DNA of 64,000 bases, taken from the NCBI GenBank assembly GCA_040218735.1, contig JAVJQW010000070.1, positions 320,001-384,000 on the forward strand. The letters run 5' to 3'. Made by a program: the position numbers and the translations under genes. Under the pieces are notes generated by a model. It made no database searches. It was not told the origin of the DNA and saw nothing but the letters and a program-made list of their open reading frames with translations. Origin of the DNA: Deltaproteobacteria bacterium. Its GTDB lineage: Bacteria; Myxococcota; Kuafuiibacteriia; Kuafuiibacteriales; Kuafuiibacteriaceae. Every line of letters starts with the position of its first letter. The first letter of the stretch is position 1. Positions 48,192 through 55,213 of the stretch are shown piece by piece.

Positions 48192-49280
48192 GTGCGGGTC
48201 GAGCGCGTCGAGTCGATCGTCGAGTTCGAAGCGCTCGCCGAAGCGTGGTCCGACCTCGCCGACCGATCCGACACCGCGCACCTGTTCAACACCCACGCCT
48301 GGCTGAGCGCATGGTGGGAGGCGTTCGGGCGCGGCACCCCGCGGGTGTACGCGGTGTACGACGACCGGCTCGTCGCCGCGCTCCCGCTGCGCCTGGACGA
48401 CCGCGGGCTCACGGCGTGGTTCAACCACTACCTCGGGCGCAGTGACGTCCTCGTGGATCGCGACCGGCCCGACGCCTACCCAGCGCTCTTCGCTGCGCTG
48501 GGCGACGACCGCGCCGACTGGGACCACGTCGAGCTGACGCAGGTTCCGGAGGACTCCCCGACGATCGCCGCCCTCGCCCGCGGCGACGCGGATCCGTTGC
48601 GCATCCACGCGGTGCGCAACATCTGCTCGCCCTACCTGCTCTGCCGGGGCACTTACGACGCCTGGTACAAGTCCCGCTTCTCCGGTCGGAAGCGTCAGCA
48701 GGACCGCCGCAAGCTCCGGCAGGCGGAGAAACGCGGCGCGACGGAGCTCGTCTGGCACACCGACGTCGAGGCCGTGCAGGCCGCCTTCGAGCGCGGCGCG
48801 ATCGCGGAGGACAAGAGTTGGAAGGGCGAGGAGGCGAGCGCGATGCTGAAGAGCCCCGACGCCCTCGCCTTCATGCGCGACGTCATCGTTCGGTTCGCCA
48901 AGCTCGGTGCGGTGCGGCTGGTCGAGCAGACCGTCGGCGGCGAGACGGCGGCGTTCCTGCTCGGCTTCGTGCACGGCGACACCTTCTACTTCCACAAGAC
49001 CGGCTACGACCCCGAGTTCGCCGACGTGAGCCCCGGCCGCACCGTGCTGCTCGCGGCGATCGAGCGGTGCTTCGAGGAGGGGCTCGCGCGCTTCGACTTC
49101 CTCGGCGCGGACGACCCCTACAAGCTCGAGTGCTCCCCCCTCGTTCGCCCGCACGTCATCGCGTTTGTGTACCACCGCGGTCTGCGCTCGCGGATGCTGC
49201 GCGAGCAGAAGCGCCTCGTCCCGAAGGTCCGCGCCCTGCGCGGCGAGCCGATCGCGTTCCCCGTGCGACTGGACAGATGA
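48192..49280 (+). CDS. CelD/BcsL-type GNAT acetyltransferase
   Basis: LFNTHAWLSAWWEAF, KTGYDPEFADVSPG, FDFLGADDPYK. Confidence 0.85.
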   Translation: MRVERVESIVEFEALAEAWSDLADRSDTAHLFNTHAWLSAWWEAFGRGTPRVYAVYDDRLVAALPLRLDDRGLTAWFNHYLGRSDVLVDRDRPDAYPALFAALGDDRADWDHVELTQVPEDSPTIAALARGDADPLRIHAVRNICSPYLLCRGTYDAWYKSRFSGRKRQQDRRKLRQAEKRGATELVWHTDVEAVQAAFERGAIAEDKSWKGEEASAMLKSPDALAFMRDVIVRFAKLGAVRLVEQTVGGETAAFLLGFVHGDTFYFHKTGYDPEFADVSPGRTVLLAAIERCFEEGLARFDFLGADDPYKLECSPLVRPHVIAFVYHRGLRSRMLREQKRLVPKVRALRGEPIAFPVRLDR

Positions 49281-49306
49281 CTCGGGCGGGGCGATCGTAG
49301 GGGCGG

Positions 49307-50353
49307 ATGCCGCGCGGGCTCGAAGTCCACCCGATCGCCGACGAAGCCGATCCGCCTTGGCGCGCCCTCCTCGATCGTCACGTGATGGCGCGTTCGATCG
49401 TGCCGGCGTGGGAGGTTCTGGCGGGCTGGGAGAACGCGCCGTACGGCCTCTACGATCACGGTGAGCTCGTCGGCGGCTTCCTGCTCTCCACGCAGCGCAT
49501 CCCGTTCACGCCGCTGAAGTTCTCACGCATCAACTGCTTGATGGTCGGACCCCAGCGTCCGGTCGAAGGCTTGGACGCGTTGCTCGCGGCGTTGGATCGC
49601 ATCGCGATCAAGCGAGGCCTGATCGAGACGGAGCTGCGGCTTCGCATCCCGACCGTCGACGACATCCCCGGCTTCGAAGCCCACGCCCCGCTCCGCGCGA
49701 CGTTCGAGCGGCACGGCTACAACCCGCTCGGTAAGGTCGACACGACCTACTTCGTCCGCGTCGACCGCGACGACGACACGATGCTCGCGTCCTTCGACCG
49801 CAGCGCGCGAAACAAGATCCGCAAAGCGCAGCGCAGCGAGGTCCAGGTCGAAGTCTCGAGCGACTTCACGCTGCTCGACGACTTCTACGACGCGTACATC
49901 GACATGTGCCACCGCAAGAGCGCGCCGGTGCAGCCCGAGGCGCTCGTCGGTTACGGGCTCAAGCCGCTGATCGAGCGCGGCCACGCGCTGTTCGTCACGG
50001 AACGTTACGGCGAGCACGTCTCGAACATGGTCATCGTCGATACACTCGGCGTGCCCTGCTACGTGCTCGGCGCACGCGCCCCCGCGAACGTTCGCGGCAT
50101 CGTCCCCGGCGCGGCGCAGGTCGTTCAGTTCGAGATCATGCGCACCATGCGCGAGCGCGGCCACGTCTGGTACGACCTCGGCGGCTGTGAAGGCCCCGTG
50201 CCGATCGACCGCCACGAAAACTTCGGCGTGTGGCGCTTCAAGTACGGCTTCGGCGGGCGCTTCATCCGCTTCCTCCCCTACTTCCGCAAGATCCGCGGCC
50301 CGCTCCCGCGCGTCGTGCAGCTCACCCACGAGCTCCGCGGCGACTTCGTCTAG
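49307..50353 (+). CDS. FemAB/FemX-like GNAT (tRNA-dependent aminoacyl transferase fold)
   Basis: ARNKIRKAQR, YDLGG, GVWRFKYGFGG. Confidence 0.8.
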   Translation: MPRGLEVHPIADEADPPWRALLDRHVMARSIVPAWEVLAGWENAPYGLYDHGELVGGFLLSTQRIPFTPLKFSRINCLMVGPQRPVEGLDALLAALDRIAIKRGLIETELRLRIPTVDDIPGFEAHAPLRATFERHGYNPLGKVDTTYFVRVDRDDDTMLASFDRSARNKIRKAQRSEVQVEVSSDFTLLDDFYDAYIDMCHRKSAPVQPEALVGYGLKPLIERGHALFVTERYGEHVSNMVIVDTLGVPCYVLGARAPANVRGIVPGAAQVVQFEIMRTMRERGHVWYDLGGCEGPVPIDRHENFGVWRFKYGFGGRFIRFLPYFRKIRGPLPRVVQLTHELRGDFV

Positions 50354-50359
50354 GTGCGC

Positions 50360-52294
50360 TCACGCGGCCTCGACCACTCGCGTCACCAGGTTCGCCTCGC
50401 CACCCGCCGGTTCGACCTCGAACTCCAGACGCCCCTCGTACGCGAAGCTCTTGGAGAGCTCACGCGCATAAGGCACACCCGAGCGCGCCAATCGCTCGAT
50501 GATCAGGTCCTGCGATGGACTCGACCTCGACCGGTGCAGCATCCCAAGGAGCGCGCGCGCCGCATGGAAGTCCTCCGCTCTCGGCGCCGCACCACGCGCC
50601 ACCGTCGACCAGACACTGCGCCGACGCGAGGAGGCGCGCCCATCGACGATGCGCCACTCGCTGGTGAGCCGTTCGAGTGCTCCCACCGCAGCGTCGCACG
50701 CGCCTATAACGCTCTCTGCGCTCGCCACGAGAGACTGCTCGAGCCCTCGCACCAGGAGCACAGCACGTTCGAGCTCCGAGAGCTTCGCATTCATCGCGAC
50801 GTCCAACAGCTCCGTTGCATCGTTGGTCAAACCACACGAATGAACGAAGACGTCACGAAGCCTGGCCTCATGAAGTCGCCCCGCAAACATCGACGACGCA
50901 CTTCGCGTGCTCTCGACGAACCCGTGCGCGGCCCAAAACGTAAGCCAGGTGGGATCGCAAGGGTGCCACCGCCGCGAGCTCTCCTGCACCACGAGGCCCG
51001 TTAGCTCGGCCACGTACGACAAGACCTCCCTCGCGATGGGGGGCGTAGGCCGAACCGAAGCCTCGTCGAGCCACGCCTCCTCCAGCGCGTCGCAACCCGT
51101 GTCGACGGCACGCAGCGCCATCCAGTGAAGCCAGTAGCGCACACGTGATGCCTTCGCCCAGGGCGCCGCGCGCCGGACATGACGACGTCGCGAATCACGC
51201 TCCGCGAACTCGGCGAGGCACGCATCTAGGACTTCGGTCTGTCGAAACCACGTCGAAGCACCGTCCGATCGCCCAGCCTTCAACGCGCCCTCGATGAGGA
51301 GTGGACGATTGAGGACGTCCGCGAGCTCGTCACGCTCCCAGAGTCGCCCGATGAACTCCGTTCGGACATCATCGGCGCGTCGACACAGAAGCCGCCAAGA
51401 CTCGCTCCGCGTGAGCGACTTCGCCTCGACTCGAACGAAGTCCTCGAGCCGGTCCAGCTCCGCTACCGGCCGCGACGTCACGATGGTCGGCCGACCGACA
51501 CTCCATCGCGAGATCGCCTCCGCCGCCAAGCTACGCTCATCGACCGCGATCTGATCGAACCCATCCGCAAACATCGGAACGGGGTCCTCGGACTCGGACC
51601 AGCTCGTCGACTCACACCACGCCCCCTCCGGCACTTGGCCAAGGTCGACGCGCCGCACCGTCCGACCGAAGTACTCCGCGAGCACGTTCGCGACGCTGCT
51701 CGACTTCCCCGTGCCGGCCTCTCCGAACACGATGACCCGTGGCGAGGAGCTAAGAGCCTCGACGAGATCGTCGCGGAGCGTTCCCACACAGGACGCATCG
51801 AGCCTCGTCTTCCGAGGCACCGGCTCCCGCCAATACGCGCCTGGCTTCGCGTCTTGGGCGATGGACGCCGACGCATCACCGCTCGAGATCTCCGCCGGCA
51901 TCGGCCGGGTCCCGCTGCGAAGCGCTTCCACCTGCTCCGAAATGGGTCGACCGCGTAGCTCTAGCATCGCGGCCTCGTAGGTCGTCTCCTCGAGGTACCG
52001 CGCCACGGAAGGGGCCATCCGTTCGCCGTGCGGCGACACCTGAGACGCTGGCCGCTCCGCCATCGCCCGGAAGGACTCCAAGGGCGCGCTCGGCGCCGAT
52101 GCGCTTCGCTCGACGACGTCGACGATGCGCCGAAGAACATCCGCTCTCGGGATCGTCCGATCGTTCACCCACTGCGAGATCGCCGAGGCGCTCACGCCCA
52201 GGTAGGTTGCCCACTCCGAGCGCTTGAACACGCCCGCTTCATCCAAGAGCCCGACGAGCGCTCGGGCGAACTTGCTCTGCCTTCGCTCGCTCAT
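50360..52294 (-). CDS. XRE helix-turn-helix fused to a NACHT-like STAND NTPase
   Basis: LGVSASAISQWVNDRTIP HTH; Walker A GEAGTGKS; Walker B MFADGFDQ; IVTSRP; NRPLL; WHD-like PTWLTFWAA; atypical codon usage. Confidence 0.75.
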   Translation of the reverse strand: MSERRQSKFARALVGLLDEAGVFKRSEWATYLGVSASAISQWVNDRTIPRADVLRRIVDVVERSASAPSAPLESFRAMAERPASQVSPHGERMAPSVARYLEETTYEAAMLELRGRPISEQVEALRSGTRPMPAEISSGDASASIAQDAKPGAYWREPVPRKTRLDASCVGTLRDDLVEALSSSPRVIVFGEAGTGKSSSVANVLAEYFGRTVRRVDLGQVPEGAWCESTSWSESEDPVPMFADGFDQIAVDERSLAAEAISRWSVGRPTIVTSRPVAELDRLEDFVRVEAKSLTRSESWRLLCRRADDVRTEFIGRLWERDELADVLNRPLLIEGALKAGRSDGASTWFRQTEVLDACLAEFAERDSRRRHVRRAAPWAKASRVRYWLHWMALRAVDTGCDALEEAWLDEASVRPTPPIAREVLSYVAELTGLVVQESSRRWHPCDPTWLTFWAAHGFVESTRSASSMFAGRLHEARLRDVFVHSCGLTNDATELLDVAMNAKLSELERAVLLVRGLEQSLVASAESVIGACDAAVGALERLTSEWRIVDGRASSRRRSVWSTVARGAAPRAEDFHAARALLGMLHRSRSSPSQDLIIERLARSGVPYARELSKSFAYEGRLEFEVEPAGGEANLVTRVVEAA

Positions 52295-53009
52295 GATTCA
52301 CCTCTCTGCGCCCGATCGTCGAACGCGTACGCATCGTCGAAGTGCATGTGAATGCCTTCGTCCCAGTCCATATCCGGCGCACAGACGCCGGTGCTCCGCA
52401 GCCCCTTCGCGCGCGCCTCGCCGAGTTGCTGGAGCGCCTGGAGAGTGACTTCGCGCGCCGCCTCGAGCGTCATCGTCGCCCGCCCTGGCGACGCAAATAC
52501 GATCCCGTCACGGACCTCGATCCAAGGCTCCACAGCCTCGAGTCCCGTCGAGTCCCCCGGAATCACTTCGCGCCCCGCCGTGAACACTCCACCCCCGGCG
52601 CCTTGGCGCATTTCAGGCGGCAATGCCGCGAAGAACTCCGCTTCGTCCGCTGGCGTCACGATGCGGTCGTCGGGAGGCACGTAGTCGACGTACTTCGTCT
52701 TCACGCGTGTCCCCAGGACGGAGCGGCGGTGAGCGCGCCCTCGTATCGGCGCGTGTGAGGTCACGCTCCACCCCTTGACGAGGTCCACGTAGACCTCGAC
52801 GTCGAGTCCGTCGGGCGTGTCGATCACCCACAGCGGTGTCTGCTGCAACCACCCGTCCAGCGTGATGCCGATGGTCTTCGCCAACCACATCGTCGCCGCC
52901 CCGGCCGCGACGACAAGGACCGCCGGCTTCAGCTCGACGCCGCCGCGGTCCCCAGCAGCCCTCCGCCGAGGATGACCACGTCGCACGCGAACGCCTCCGT
53001 CCCGCTCAC
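52291..53009 (-). pseudogene. Disrupted FAD-dependent oxidoreductase (DAO/glycine-oxidase-like)
   Basis: GTG 53009 gives MSGTEAFACDVVILGGGLLGTAAASS* (stop at 52929-52931); a different frame continues VELKPAVLVVAAGAAT...PGRATM to 52291. Confidence 0.65.
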
Positions 53010-53015
53010 CGAAAC

Positions 53016-53044
53016 AAGATAGGGGAGCGAAGGCACGTCGTCAA
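53016..53044 (-). promoter_or_regulatory. Sigma70-type promoter TTGACG-N17-TATCTT, leaderless to GTG 53009
   Basis: -35 at 53044-53039, -10 at 53021-53016, 6 nt to the start codon. Confidence 0.75.
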
Positions 53045-53067
53045 GTCACTTCATGAAGTGACTTCAT
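53041..53067. promoter_or_regulatory. Tandem palindromic operator
   Basis: Perfect 22-bp palindrome AAGTCACTTCATGAAGTGACTT (53043-53064); overlapping boxes TCAAGT-C-ACTTCA and ATGAAGT-G-ACTTCAT. Confidence 0.75.
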
Positions 53068-53080
53068 TAGAATCGAAGGC

Positions 53081-53833
53081 CTATTGGGCAGCGCCTACGC
53101 CCTCGTCCTTCAGGTCGTCGAGCGGCAGCCCCTTCGCCGTGGCGAGGAGGTCCTTCATCGGCACCTTCCGGCCCTGGACCTCGACCATGAAGCGGTCGGC
53201 GAGGATCAGCTTCACCTCGCCGCGCATCGTCTTCGAGTTCCACTTCTCGTAGGACTTGTGGCCGTCGATCTTCGACGTGCGCTCGTAGCCGTCGTCCGAC
53301 TCGCGATCGATCTCCGCCATCGCCCAGCCCGCCGCCGCCATCGCCGCGAAGCCCTTCATCGAGCCCATGTCGATGATCTTCACGGTGAGCCGCTTGCCGT
53401 CCGCCTCGTACTTGCCCTCTGCGTTGGAGATCTTCATCCCCATCGCGCCCGCCTTCTCGCCCTTCGCGTTCGTACGCTTCAGGCCGGCCGCCTCGTCCGG
53501 GAGCATCTTCTTCAGCTCGCGGAAGTTCACCGGCTCCACGTTCGACGTGTTCTTCGCGATGGCCTTCTGCATCTCGGCCATCGCCTCCTGGAGGTTCTTC
53601 GGATCCGCGGCGTCGGTCGCGTCGTCCGCGGCCCCCTCGCCGTCGTCCGCCGCCTCCTTCGCGACCTTCGCCGCCTCCTTGGCGGCCTGCTCGGCGACCT
53701 TCGCCGCCTCCAGCGCCTGTTTCTTCGCGGCCTCGGCGTTCGCCATGGCCTCCTTCACCTTCGCCTGCTCGTCCTTGCAGCCGACGGCCACGATGAAGGA
53801 GACGAACAACCCGACAATCCAGACCTTCTTCAT
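53081..53833 (-). CDS. Hypothetical lipoprotein with Ala/Lys/Glu coiled coil
   Basis: MKKVWIVGLFVSFIVAVGC lipobox; strongly biased codon usage. Confidence 0.8.
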   Translation of the reverse strand: MKKVWIVGLFVSFIVAVGCKDEQAKVKEAMANAEAAKKQALEAAKVAEQAAKEAAKVAKEAADDGEGAADDATDAADPKNLQEAMAEMQKAIAKNTSNVEPVNFRELKKMLPDEAAGLKRTNAKGEKAGAMGMKISNAEGKYEADGKRLTVKIIDMGSMKGFAAMAAAGWAMAEIDRESDDGYERTSKIDGHKSYEKWNSKTMRGEVKLILADRFMVEVQGRKVPMKDLLATAKGLPLDDLKDEGVGAAQ

Positions 53834-53934
53834 GGGCTGGGACCGTAACCGGATCCCCGGGGTGGGATCCACGCGTGGCACGACCGCGCCAGAAAAACCG
53901 ACGAATCGACGAAGCACCGTGCACTGCCCAGATC

Positions 53935-55206
53935 ATGCGTACAATCTCGGTGCTCCTCGTCTCGTCGCTGTTCGCGTGCGGCACGGAGCGGATGGCGTCG
54001 ACGCCCGGCGACCGCGACGTCGGCGCCTCGGCCCCGGACGCCGGCTCAGGACGGACCGATGCAGGCCCCCGGGACGGAGGAGAGGTGACCGACGGGGGCG
54101 ACCCACACCGCGACGGGGGCGACGTCCCGCGCGACGGAGGCGATCCAGGCGGCTGTGTCCCGCTCCCCGCGACCCCGATTACGGAGGTCGCGGACGCCGC
54201 GTTCGGCATCCGTGGGCTCGTCGAGGTCGACGGGGGCTTCCTCGTCGCTTGGATCCGCAACCGGTCGATGGAGCCCTTCAACGCGATCGTGACCCACGTC
54301 GACGCGCAGCTGAACCGGGTCTCCTACGGCGAGGACCTGGGCCCCCTCCCCGACCGCGACGGACAACTCCTCCCCGCCGAGGACGGTGCCTGGTTCCAGG
54401 GCGTGCGCCCCTCGCTCGGCATGCAGAGGATCGAGCTCACCAAGCTCGGGCCGTCGGGCTCCATCGAGGGGCGGCACACGATCACCTCCACCACGATCGT
54501 GGGCTCCGACTTCGTCCGCACCGACGATGGGTACGCGGTCTCCTACAACGTCGGTCGGCGCGGGCACCCCTACGACCGCGCCGTGCTCCAGCGCCTCGAC
54601 ACCGACGGACGCCCGGTCGGCGACCCCGTCACCCTCATCGAAGGCCGGGGGGTCGATCAGCTCGTGTGGACGGGGTCCCAGCTCGGTGCGGTGGTGTTGT
54701 CCGGGGGGACGGAGTTCGGGCTCGTTCGGCTCGACGCGAACGGCACCACGCCCGAACCCGTGATGCCCCTCGTCTTCGACGAAGCGGTGGCAGGCCCGTT
54801 CTCCCTCGCCGCACACCCCGACGGCTTCCTGTTCGGCACGCGGCTGCAGGGCGACGAACGAAGCCTCTTTCGCTTCTTCGACGCCGCCGGGGCCCCGGTG
54901 GGGCGCGCTCAGCTGTTCGGGCTCTGGCCGGTCGAGGCGGTATACGACGGCGAGGTCTTCGGCCTGGCCGCCGAGGACTTCTTTTCTCGAGGGACGGCGA
55001 TGCAGTTCGCCGTCGCCGCGCCCGGACAGATCCGCGACGTTCGCGAGAGCGCGCTCTCCATCAACCCGACCAACCCGGCCGCGGCCAACGCACAGATCGT
55101 CGCCGTGGACGGCGGCTTCGTCCTGGCGTGGCTCGAGTGGACGTTCAACGTGAACCCGCTCACCGAGCCGGACTACCGCGTGGTCATGGCACGCGTGTGC
55201 CTCTGA
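53935..55206 (+). CDS. Hypothetical lipoprotein (DAG/DGG-rich linker plus beta-propeller-like domain)
   Basis: MRTISVLLVSSLFAC lipobox; RDGG repeats; beta-rich blades such as LVWTGSQLGAV. Confidence 0.75.
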   Translation: MRTISVLLVSSLFACGTERMASTPGDRDVGASAPDAGSGRTDAGPRDGGEVTDGGDPHRDGGDVPRDGGDPGGCVPLPATPITEVADAAFGIRGLVEVDGGFLVAWIRNRSMEPFNAIVTHVDAQLNRVSYGEDLGPLPDRDGQLLPAEDGAWFQGVRPSLGMQRIELTKLGPSGSIEGRHTITSTTIVGSDFVRTDDGYAVSYNVGRRGHPYDRAVLQRLDTDGRPVGDPVTLIEGRGVDQLVWTGSQLGAVVLSGGTEFGLVRLDANGTTPEPVMPLVFDEAVAGPFSLAAHPDGFLFGTRLQGDERSLFRFFDAAGAPVGRAQLFGLWPVEAVYDGEVFGLAAEDFFSRGTAMQFAVAAPGQIRDVRESALSINPTNPAAANAQIVAVDGGFVLAWLEWTFNVNPLTEPDYRVVMARVCL

Positions 55207-55213
55207 CGCCCGT

